From: Bugula neritina
Taxonomy: Eukaryota > Animalia > Bryozoa
DNA length: 64,000 bases
NCBI GenBank assembly: GCA_964035545.1
Contig: OZ037770.1
Span: 8,934,973-8,998,972 of the forward strand
Direction of reading: 5' to 3'
Below the pieces are notes generated by a model. That model was not told the DNA's origin. It made no database searches and saw only the letters and a list, made by a program, of their open reading frames with translations. Below are positions 12,801 through 23,686 of this stretch, piece by piece. Every line of letters begins with the position of its first letter. The first letter of the stretch is position 1. The position numbers and the translations under genes were made by a program.

Positions 12801-15800
12801 TATTTGTTTGTTTGTTTGTTTTCTTTATTTCCATCAAAAAAAAACAAAAGGACAAAAAAATACAAATATACAACAGTAACACAAAAAGAGCTAAATTCAA
12901 TTTATATATAATATCAATCGAAGTCAAGATGGGGGCCCATGTGCTCAGTAGCATAGCTATTCAAGGAGCGGGGCCCAAGTGGCAGTTGAAAAAATAGTGG
13001 GAACTATTTATTCAGATTAAGTTAAAGATTTTAGTAGGTGCTTTTTCAACAATATTTTAAATGTGGCAAAGCTTTGATGATGTCTTAAAGTCAGAGGTAG
13101 CTTATTCCAATTGCTAGACATCTGGTAGGACACTTGACGATGACCTGCTGCGGAGGTAGAGAGAGGTAAGGGTAAGGAAAGTTCAGAATGTCTGGTGAGG
13201 TAAGTTGGTGGTTGTTTGGTGTGAGATAGAGTATAATAAGCTGAATGACCAAGAAGACATAGGCGGTAGATATACAAGAGATCAATAGGAAGAATTTATT
13301 GTTGGGCATTTATTGGAGTTGTCTACTCATAAATTTGCAAGCTTGTTTATTATTGGCTCTCCAATGCACATCATGGATGTAGTGGAGCTGGTATTAAGTT
13401 AGTGACGAGACATTACTTGCTATCCGCAGAATATTCAAAGCATGGAAACAGGCAGATTTGAATAATTGAAAGTTGAGCTTTCCCATTTGGAAAGCCTTGG
13501 GGATTCATTGCTGTTACAATACTCTACTAAACTGGTGGAAACTGGGTAGCCTACATGAAAATGTAAAGCAAAGAAAATCACTGGTTATGTTTCATGTATA
13601 TACCTTGTGTGTAGTACCGGTATGTATCTGTAGATAAGTCACAAATGAATTAATCAGAATAGTTATAATTTTAGTAAAGAATGCGCACTAAAACTATTTC
13701 TCCCAGTTATATTCAAGTAAACCAACAGCTATAAAAACTTGTGCAACTACGCTAATAAATATTATGTAGCCTGTAATGTTTAATCTACAAAATCACGTGA
13801 ACTTCAACAGGTTTGCAAATGATATTTAAATGTGATTGTAATAAAATTTCATGTTGACATTACCAGGGTCACAGTGGAGAAATAATTCAACTTACACAAG
13901 ATGCCGATAAGCATATGACCTTCACCTTAGATCAGACTCTACAACCTTCACATAGGGATCATGTTCAAAGAATCTTACCTCTGTGCTCAGCCTACGCTAC
14001 TATTACCCAATTCATCAGAGGTGGGTTGTTTGTGATAACCAGATATCACGCCAGATGCACGTTATCAAAATACCTCTTGTGGGTTTATAGTCACCATCCC
14101 TGTGAGAACCCCTAATGGAAAGGGTTTTTAAGCGAGCTAAAGACTTATTTAGATGGGACAGGAGCAATTATGACTTGATGCTCTTCCTAACATCACTCAA
14201 TGTTAAGTCGATCCATTGACCTCGTATTTACTACGCCAGCACTCTAACCACTAGACCGCTGGTGCTTCCTAAATGCACAAAAGTGCTAGTTTAATTATCT
14301 AGCTAGAACTTTATTTAATCTTTGATTAACACACAGTATTTAAACTGTCTTTATCTGTAGATAAAAGCTCTTTTGAACATGGACTGGTGAACCAGGCCTT
14401 GGTCGAAGGACTGGACAAATTCTGCACCAAATTCACCACTTTAGTATGTCAGTTGGAAACTAAATTCTTGCAGGTAGGCATGCTTACTCACAGCCTCAAA
14501 GTGATTGATTAGCACACTGTTGCTTGTCTTAACCTTAAATTAGGTTAATGATGTACTTAGAATGTGGAGAAAGGGTCTTTCACTTAATAAAAGTAGCTGA
14601 CCTAGATCAATGCTACTGTGCTCTTGTAAGAGCTGGCATCTGAACGTGCAGAATATTTGGTTTCCTTTTCTTATATTTTATTTTAGTTCCAATTTAGGTG
14701 TTAAAATATGCTAACTTGGCATATATTGTACTCCGGTTCATCTTTTCAGGGTCAACTTACTCTATCACATCTCTGGTTTTACCTACAACCTACAATCTCA
14801 CACTTTTCCCTCCTCGAGAGTATCTGCTCGTCTATCAACAAGGGAAATAGCTTCGGAGCCAACACTCTGAGTCTGCTGCACAACCGACTCAAGGTAGGGT
14901 CTCCTCTCCTCTGCCCTCTCTCATCTTGTGCTTTTGGGGTTGGAACTGAGGCCAGGTGTTGCCCATGATGCTGAATAGAGACGAGAAGCATGTGAAAGTC
15001 TTACCAGATCTCTTTCCCAAGCACCTAGTCTCACGTACTATTCCAATCAGGGAAATCCATGGCCTCCTAATTACTATTTTTTATGTTCATGGGAATTCAT
15101 AGTCGCCTATTTACTAATTATTCCTATCAGGGGAATCTGGGGTTTCCTAATTATTTCATTCAGGGGAATTCATAGTCTCTCACTTGATATTTTTTCCATT
15201 CAGGAGAATCCGTAGTTTTCTATTTACTATTTATTTCATTCAGGGAAATCCCTAGTATTTCACTATTTTTTTCATTCAGGGAAATCTACAGCATTTCACT
15301 AATTATGTCATTCAGGAAAATCCCCAGTCCCTCACATATATTATTCACTTCCAGTCTCTCTCACAGTATTACAATCAGTGTTTACATTACATTACTGATT
15401 ACATGGTACAGGGAGGAAACTCATGTAGCTTGTTATGGCATCGTGTCTGCGTGTTATAGATTCTGACAGGAGATGCCCAGTGTAGTTCACTGTGTATAGA
15501 GTTGGGGGAGAGAGCTGCCGTCCCGTATCTGCACATGCTGGAGCTGTGGCTATACCGAGGTATTATACAGGATCCCTATGCAGAGTTTATGGTGTCCGAG
15601 GACACCAGTGTTAGTAAGGAGAGACTGATAGAGCAGTACAATGACACGTACTGGGAGAAAAGGTGGGCTTTGTCTATATTATATATGATATATGATACAT
15701 AGAACAGTACTATATAGGATACATAGAATAGTACTATATATGATATATGATACATAGAATAGTATTATATATCATACATAGAATAGTACTATATATGATA

Positions 15801-18800
15801 TATGATACATAGAATAGTATTATATATGATATATGATACATAGAATAGTACTATATATAATACATAGAATAGTACTATATATAATACATAGAATAGTACT
15901 ATATATGATACATAGAATAGTATTATAATATATGATATATAATACATAGAATAGTATTATATATGATATATAGAGTAGTACTATATAGTGATACAATGAT
16001 ATCTTCAGCTACAGTACTGTATACTTCAACAGGTACACCTTGTGCAGAGAGAGAATTCCGGTATACATGGAGATGTATTCTGACGAAATCCTCTCAACTG
16101 GGAAGTATTTGAACGTAGTTAGACTTTGTGGTAAGTAAAGTGTAGAAGTTCACAGTGTAACAGTATATAGAGTACATTCACATGTGCAGTTAATACAGTA
16201 CCCACTAAGCTGTGGGTCCCGAAACCTCAATTTATGACTTAATAGAATACCAGATTTAACTCATGTGCTTTTATATGCGCATGCATTAAGGCCTGGCCTC
16301 ACGCTCGTAAAAATCACACGAAACTGGTGTGACGATTTTTATGAGTTGTCCTCTCGTTATGACCGGCTACACACTCGTCGGGCGAAACACATAATAAATA
16401 GTCTGTGAATAAGTCTTGCACGAAATACAAACAGCAGAAAATTGCCAAATAGAGAAAGGTGGTAGAAATGAAATAACTACTGTTACTAAAATTCTATTGA
16501 CCAATCAAATGGTGCTTATTGTTAATTGCAATTTTTCATCCATCGTCTTCGTTGGATGCACCCAGTGAAGACGATTTTGTTCAAATTACCTCAAATTTCA
16601 TCGTACGTTTGTGTTTTCGAGTCAAATAGACGATTTCGTGTAATTCTCATGAGCGTGAGGCCAGGCCTTCAGCCATGAAATGGGGGCCAAGCATTGTCTT
16701 GACCTATATATTTTTGTGAGAAGTGGATCCGTTAAATGTGAAGAATGCACTGCATTAACTACACTTGTGTATCTTCAACACATGCTGTTGTACTGCGAAT
16801 TTCCCTACATGAATACTTAACATGTATGTATCCTGTGTAGTACATAAACATGCACAGCAAATATTTTATACACACCTATACAAGGCAGCTATTGTATGCT
16901 ATACATATGTAGTATAGTTGCTATACACACTCATACAAAGCAGCTATTGTATGCTATACATATGTAATATAGTTGCTATACACATGCTAGCCTATCCTGT
17001 TTGTTGATGAGAACTAGTTTCTTGGAATCATATGTTTATCGCAAGAGTGTTATATTCATGGCTATGTACTATGCATTACAATATTATACATGTTAATAAT
17101 ATTAACATGTATATACAGCTAACTGTATATTATACAGTATATTTTACTAATGCTAATACACCGTATATTATACTAATGCATTATACGTGCCAATATACAG
17201 TATATTATACTAATACATTATACATACTAATACATGGTATATTATACTAATACACAGTATATACGAGATTGATACTATTTACAAGGTCAGCTAATACGAC
17301 ACCCTAACGCCAGAGAGATCACTTACAACTCCCAAGACACAGGTTACCGAGAGAGTATAGAGTCAGCGTATTCCTACGCCAGTCAGCTGCTCCTTGATCT
17401 CTTCTACCAGCAGTATCATCTCAAGGACAGATTTAGGTCAGACTATTTCCATATTCACGTCTGCTGCTAAGTTTTTGAATCAATCAACTTTAAATTGATT
17501 CTTGATTTTCTTTCCTTTGTTTCATTTTCGTTTTTAGTCAAAATGTTTGAAAATTACTGCTTTATTCCGAATATTTTATACCAAAATATTCATGGTGATA
17601 TTTTGGAGTTGTCCATCTTTCAGTTGCACTTATTAAGGAAGCTGTTACTAACGAGGTGTTTATAGTATTATAGACTTGACTACAGTGAAAGTGCACACGT
17701 CCAGATATGCTGAAGGGCTACTTGTTGTTAGACTCGGCCTCACTTTTGTAAATATTATAATTTCTAGAGTCAGTGTTGTCAGCATTTCTTTTTGTTAATT
17801 TCTGTCACAAAATCTACACACAAATTAGTTACTTTTCTTTTATCACAAATTAACATTCGACATAAAATAAATAGTCTAGGAAAGGTTGATTTTAATCGAG
17901 AAAGTATCTATGTTGTTGTAATCATTATCAAGAACTTTCAACTTAAATATTAAGGCTTTGTTGTTGAGAATAAAAATAATCTCATCCAATGTTTGTGTTG
18001 CCAGGTCGTTCAAAAGATTCTTCTTGCTGGACCAGGGTGACTTCATAGTCCAGTTTATGGACATGACCAATGAGGAGCTGAAGAAACCAATCTCCAGGAT
18101 TTCAGAGCAGAAACTTGAGTCTCTGTTAGAGTTGGCTATCAGGACGAGCACAGCCAACTGCGATCCCTACAAGGACGATATCAGGTAACTCAGTCTATTA
18201 TACTAGAAAGTATGTGTATGTTATGTGGTGCCTTCAACCGTTGTTTATTAGAGAAATTTGGAGCCATTAAGAATAAATAATATTAGTCTGAATTCATTGA
18301 AGTGAGTTAGTTTGTTGAAGGCCAATAAACAGCAAGTAAAACTTGTTTTGTTATCTTATATTATTTTGTTATTAATATAGTACGTCATTATAATATTATT
18401 GCAAAATTATAAAATATTTGGCAGTATTGGTCAGAAATGTAGCTCAATGAAATATGAAAAAAATGTTGGTGTAAAATCAGAGCATTTCGAAGTTATCTTC
18501 TCATTTCACTTGAACACATTTTTATTGTCAAAGCGATCTCATAGTTATTATATTTCCCAACTATCTTCACTTTCATGTGATAATATTGCAGGGTGTCACT
18601 TCTAGGTCATGACCTAATAACACAGCTGCTTACTATACTGTCTTTAGAGTCTACATACGAGAAAGGTATGCTCTCAACTGTCCACATCACAGTATGTGAT
18701 GTTGATGTTGTATATATTTATATTTGCAGTTTATATTGTATTTAAATACAGTATCCTTTCATTTATAAGAATTGTATTTCATCCTCAAGTATCAGCATTT

Positions 18801-21800
18801 TTATATCTGCATTAATATCTAGCAGAGTACTTGCAGCAAATCTACTGTATGTGTTGCTGGAATATCCGCTATATGTGTTGCTGGAATATCGGCTGTATGT
18901 GTTGCTGGAATATCCGCTGTATGTGTTGCTGGAATATCCGCTGTATGTGTTGCCGGAATATCCGCTGTATGTGTTGCCGGAATATCCGCTGTATGTGTTG
19001 CCGGAATATCCGCTGTATGTGTTGCCGGAATATCCGCTGTATGTGTTGCCGGAATATCCGCTGTATGTGTTGCCGGAATTTCCGCTGTATGTGTTGCCGG
19101 AATTTCCGCTGTATGTGTTGCCGGAATATCCGCTGTATGTGTTGCCGGAATATCCGCTATATGTGTTGCCGGAATATCCGCTGTATGTGTTGCCGGAATA
19201 TCCGCTGTATGTGTTGCCGGAATATCCGCTGTATGTGTTGCCGGAATATCCGCTGTATGTGTTGCCGGAATATCCGCTGTATGTGTTGCCGGAATATCCG
19301 CTGTATGTGTTGCCGGAATTTCCGCTGTATGTGTTGCCGGAATATCCGCTGTATGTGTTACCGGAATTTCCGCTGTATGTGTTGCCGGAATATCCGCTGT
19401 ATGTGTTGCCGGAATATCCGCTGTATGTGTTGCCGGAATATCCGCTGTATGTGTTGCCGGAATATCCGCTGTATGTGTTGCCGGAATTTCCGCTGTATGT
19501 GTTGCTGGAATATCCGCTGTATGTGTTGCCGGAATATCCGCTGTATGTGTTGCCGGAATATCCGCTATATGTGTTGCCGGAATATCTGCTGTATGTGTTG
19601 CCGGAATATCCGCTGTATGTGTTGCCGGAATATCCGCTGTATGTGTTGCCGGAATATCCGCTGTATGTGTTGCCGGAATATCCGCTGTATGTGTTGACGG
19701 AATTTCCGCTGTATGTGTTGCTGGAATTTCCGCTGTATGTTCTACTCGTTACCAGACGTGAAGCAGATAAACCCTACAGATCTGAACCTCTCAGGGCTGG
19801 AAGCCTTCTCCTTCAGTTGCACAGTGCAATGGCCGCTGAGTCTAGTCTTCAATAAGAAGGTGTTGTTTAGATATCAGATGCTCTTCAGACATCTATTCTA
19901 CATGAAACATGTGGAGAGACTTCTTAATGCGTGAGTTATTACTGTCTGGCAAACCTGCCCTCTTTTTGCGCAATTAGTTGTAATAAAATTGAAAATGGCA
20001 GGGATTTGATGCAAAGTTGCATTTCTACCTCTGTTGTTTCAGTTAATTTCACTCGTTCGAGTACCGCTTTATATTTTTGCTGAAGCTCTTTGAAATCATT
20101 TTGATGCGGAAGTGAATAATGACTCCAGTAATTTCTATTTGATGTAAAATGTATTAATAAAGTTGACAGCATAAAATCGATATAATTATAAACATGAAGC
20201 TTTTACTTGAATCGCTGAAGCTTTATTTAATGATTTTTAAGCATGTCATCTAGTTGCCAAAGTAGTAATAGAATACCGATATTTACAGGGAGTTATTATT
20301 TCTTTTCATTATTATTCTGAAAGCGGCCGATTAAGTGATCACAGTAGAAAAAATTTGATGAGTGGCTTTTACAACGCAATGCAACTCGGTGAAATTTCAA
20401 CTTGGCCAAGTTGATTTGCCAATTGAAAATCATGAAGTTATAAAAGCAGCTTGAGAGATTTTGTGTTGGATAAAGTAGCTGCATAGGCAGTAGGCTGCTT
20501 TAACTCATCTAGATTGCAAAGGGAAGGTAATAACTCGTGGTTTCAAACCATCTCACTTTAGTCATCAGTTAACAGAACTCTACTACAATAATATAGAACT
20601 CCTATATTCTTTAGTCTTACTTTTGTAGTTGCAAATATTTGGCAAAAAGTCAGTTTCTAGAAAGTGTTGAACTCATCCTCTGAATATCTCAGCTGGTAGA
20701 TAGTAACATGTTTACTGTGTGTTTGTCAGCGTGTGGGTAAACAACAGCACAGCAAAGGGGTACACACGGCAGCAGCTACACCAGTTCAGCAGCGCCTTCC
20801 TTCTCCGTCACAAGATGTTGAACTTCATCCAGCACCTGCAGTACTACATGATGATTGAGGTTATAGACTCTTACTGGACAGAGTTTGAGACGTCCCTCAA
20901 AGATGTGTGTAACTCTCAGTCTACTATTTATATTATGCATTCTGAGAACTTATTCTATCATACAATTAAAGCAATACATTAACAGTCAATGAATATATTT
21001 CTCTGTGTTGATATAATTAACTAATAACTATACAGGTATCCAATGTAGACGAAGTTCTCAACCAACACATGAACATGCTTAACAAGTGTCTCAGAGACTG
21101 TATGCTAACAAATCCAGAATTACTGAAAACCTTGAGCAAACTGCAGTCTGTTTGTATTCTGTACTGCAACTTTATGCAGGTATGCATTATCTGTTATCAG
21201 ATTGTAGAATATATTACTGCTACTATAATAATATATATGTGGTTCACAGAAATTAATAGTATAACCATAGTGTTGCGGTAGCTTATGGACAAGGTTCTGT
21301 ATATTAGGATGTAGTTACATTGAATGATTAGCCATTGCATAATTTAAGATTTCCTGGCTGTTAGTGTACAGTTACTTAGACTGGTTGATGACTAAATATA
21401 ATGAGTATTACAGTCAGTGGATTTATTCAAGCACATTAATTTAGTTTTAAAATTACCCTTAGCATGGCACAGTGAAGATAAAAAAGAAATTATATAAAAT
21501 AATAAAAGTTACAGGGAATCAAACTTTGATAATTTAGGAGATGTTCCGTGATTGTTTACTAGATGGTTAATTGAATTATCATTTTCTACTCTGGCCATTA
21601 TTCATTATATTTCTCTTGCAGTCAGTCGATACGACTATGACTGTTTTATGGATTAGGCTTAAATTTGGTTGCAGCTCTCCACGCAGCTCTGTTGTCAGCT
21701 GTCTGCTGCCATGAACTCAAGTTTATTGCTCTCCATTTCATATTCCTCTTAGCAACATCTTTAAGTCTGAGTCTAGGTCGCCCTGTATTTCTTTTACCCT

Positions 21801-23686
21801 CTTTCAGCTGAGAGTAGAGCAATTGTCTTGGTAGCCGGCTATGTTCCATCCTGTGCACATGGCCTAGCCATCTCAAGTTCTTTTCTATAAGGATGTCGGC
21901 CATGCTTGGCAAATTGGCACGTCTTAATATTTAATAGTTGCATAACTACCATGTGTTTAGGCTACCATTTAGTTTACTGTTATATACATAACTTACCATT
22001 TAGTTTACTGTTATATAGAGAACTTACCATTTAGTTTACTGTTATATAGATAACTTACCATTCAGTTTGCTGCTATATAGAGAACTTACCATTCAGTTTA
22101 CTGTTATATAGAGAACTTACCACTCAGCAGACGTTGACCAGGAGTTGTCTGGACTTACTTTGACTAGCAGTCTACAGGCTGTACCTACAATCACTGTGCA
22201 GCAGAAGAGAAACAAACAAGCTGTGAGATATATCATATTACACTTTTAACATATACCTATATTGTGTAATTTCAAATTGTTTACTGCAGTTTATATATGA
22301 TACTTGTGTCAATATTATTTCAATGTTGTAATATGTTTTTGGCATTCATTAAAATGCAAAGCTGGGACTACAAGTAAAAATTTAATTAAGAATAATTTTC
22401 AAACTGTTAAACATGCTAAATATCATATTAGTAACATAGAAAAGTAGATATACCTCCTACTACAGCATTAGTACGTACTTAGTATGTTCTATAGCTGCCG
22501 CAGGTCAAGGCGCAACACGAAAAGAATGTTACGAATGCCCTTCTTAGCCTGGGTCTAACAGGGCCAATATACAAGTCGCTACTTTGTTATATTCCTCCGC
22601 TTGTGTTAGTGTGAATATTCAACTACTGTCACAGCTAAGCTACCGTCACATATATTATTACATGTGGTGCGAATGACTGCACACCTATAAGTTACAATGT
22701 GTGTTGTGCTATATTACAAACTGTGACAAACTACCGTGTTGTAATATTAGCCTATGCAATGCAACATGTGTTATACATCATTATAATATGAGATTATTAC
22801 TGGGTGTTGGTTTATCATAATCATTACACGCCTATTTATTTACAGATGGTAGCACAGCATGTCTCCGATATGGCTTTAGACGACAGCTTCTATAAAACTA
22901 TCGCTAATTTTGATAAAAATTTCACCGAAACACTGATGCAACTTCTCAATGCTATTTCTGAGTTGAACGCTGAAACTAAGCTGCTTCACATACTCGACAG
23001 GTAATACTTGTATGCTGTGGCATTTTACCTCCGCCGATCTCTCGGTTAATTCAATCTCAGACTAGCAGAAAGTTTACGGTGCTTTTCTGTTCCTACATTT
23101 CCCATTGTGTTCCCCTGGTATACAATGTTAACAAAACATTATAAATCATCAAACTTTTAGGAAAGTAGGTTATTATTATATCCAGGCTACTCAGTATTCT
23201 ACTGTTAACACAGGGCAACAAGATTGCTATTATACAAGCTAATGACTATCTAGACATTAGCCTGTTTAAGTGTAGGGCCAGTGGACACCTTTGCTACTTG
23301 TGATTTCAATTTGCATGCGAAAATACGCACAGTGTGGCCCTAGGCTTAGCCTCGAAAACGCGTTCAAGATGGCGTTTCGTCTGTAGTGTGGCAGCCCCAG
23401 TACTCTTTCAGTCGGCTCACCACTATTGTGTTGGTGCTATTCAGCTATTTTATTTGATGAAGACCTTAATTAGGAAATTGCATTCATTCACATGAATACT
23501 ACTGACATTTAATATAATGATCATATGCATATAGACTGACGTTTTAACATATATTAGCTAATTTTAACTTGTGTTATCATAGTTATACTATATCTTCTAA
23601 TATTGTATAATAGTGTTTTATTGTGTGCATTTATATGATTATTTTTATGTTCCAGGGTGAATTACAATGACTTCTATTCTTCATAA
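9826..23686 (+). CDS. TUBGCP2: Gamma-tubulin complex component 2 (GCP2/Spc97 family), ~867 aa
   Basis: Exons 9826-9887, 10378-10456, 10714-10854, 11092-11229, 11917-11985, 12589-12795, 13867-14020, 14361-14473, 14750-14893, 15460-15662, 16033-16130, 17286-17436, 18005-18184, 18592-18665, 19756-19930, 20730-20904, 21036-21179, 22112-22222, 22846-23000, 23656-23686 (2604 nt, phases consistent). GCP2 motifs: WLYRGIIQDPYAEFMV, ILSTGKYLNVVR, FLLDQGDFIVQFMD, STANCDPYKDD, LSGLEAFSF..VQWPLSL, RYQMLFRHLFY, CLRDCMLTNPELLK. Confidence 0.96.
11350..11460 (-). mobile_element. tRNA-derived SINE, 3' part
   Basis: ttatagtcaccatccctgtgagaa matches the copy at 14086. Confidence 0.6.
12801..13440 (-). mobile_element. 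3' fragment of an L2/CR1-like LINE
   Basis: ORF end SNWNKLPLTLRHHQSFATFKILLKKHLL* (stop 13017) resembles CR1/L2 ORF2 C-termini. It is followed by a 3'UTR, AATAAA and a (CAAA)n tail at 12801-12830. The 5' boundary is approximate. Confidence 0.75.
14086..14271 (-). mobile_element. tRNA-derived SINE, near full length
   Basis: Minus-strand head taggaagcaccagcggtctagtggttagagtgc (box A-like), core gtgatgttaggaagagcatcaagtcataattgctcctgt, shared 3' end. Confidence 0.8.
15035..15340. repeat. Degenerate ~40-bp minisatellite (tatt..ttcattcagggaaatcc..agt) in a TUBGCP2 intron
   Basis: About 7-8 recurrences of (a/t)tcaggg(g/a)aat(c/t)c. Confidence 0.8.
15676..15990. repeat. 24/31-bp minisatellite (atatgatacatagaatagta(c/t)tat) filling most of a TUBGCP2 intron
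   Basis: About 11 copies between exons ending 15662 and starting 16033. Confidence 0.92.
16289..16668. mobile_element. PIF/Harbinger-type MITE, copy 2
   Basis: Same TIRs (aggcctggcctcacg...cgtgaggccaggcct) and internal sequence as 691-1055; flanks TTA / TCA. Confidence 0.9.
18843..19742. repeat. 24-bp minisatellite, ~37 copies (gttgccggaatatccgctgtatgt)
   Basis: Direct reading; produces the repetitive CCRNIRCM and LPEYPLYV ORFs; ends ~13 nt before the exon at 19756. Confidence 0.97.
21600..21930 (-). mobile_element. 3' fragment of an RTE-clade LINE
   Basis: LRWLGHVHRMEHSRLPRQLLYSQLKEGKRNTGRPRLRLKD is the characteristic RTE post-RT motif. Confidence 0.88.
21963..22123. repeat. 31-bp minisatellite (~5 copies) spanning the acceptor of TUBGCP2 exon 22112-22222
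   Basis: Unit agaacttaccatt(t/c)agtttactgttatatag; the last TAG (22109-22111) is the acceptor that restores the reading frame. Confidence 0.9.

Noticed and set aside
18831-19855. 288-aa Cys-rich (CCRNIRCM)n and 334-aa (LPEYPLYV)n ORFs
   Set aside because: By-products of a 24-bp intronic minisatellite; GCP2 splices cleanly across it (18665 to 19756).
18843-22123. CRISPR-like appearance of the regular repeats
   Set aside because: No unique spacers, no cas genes, eukaryotic intronic context.
22128-22222. CAGCAG at 22125-22130 as the acceptor for this TUBGCP2 exon
   Set aside because: Both options give a TGA within 12 codons; only the TAG at 22109-22111 preserves the frame.
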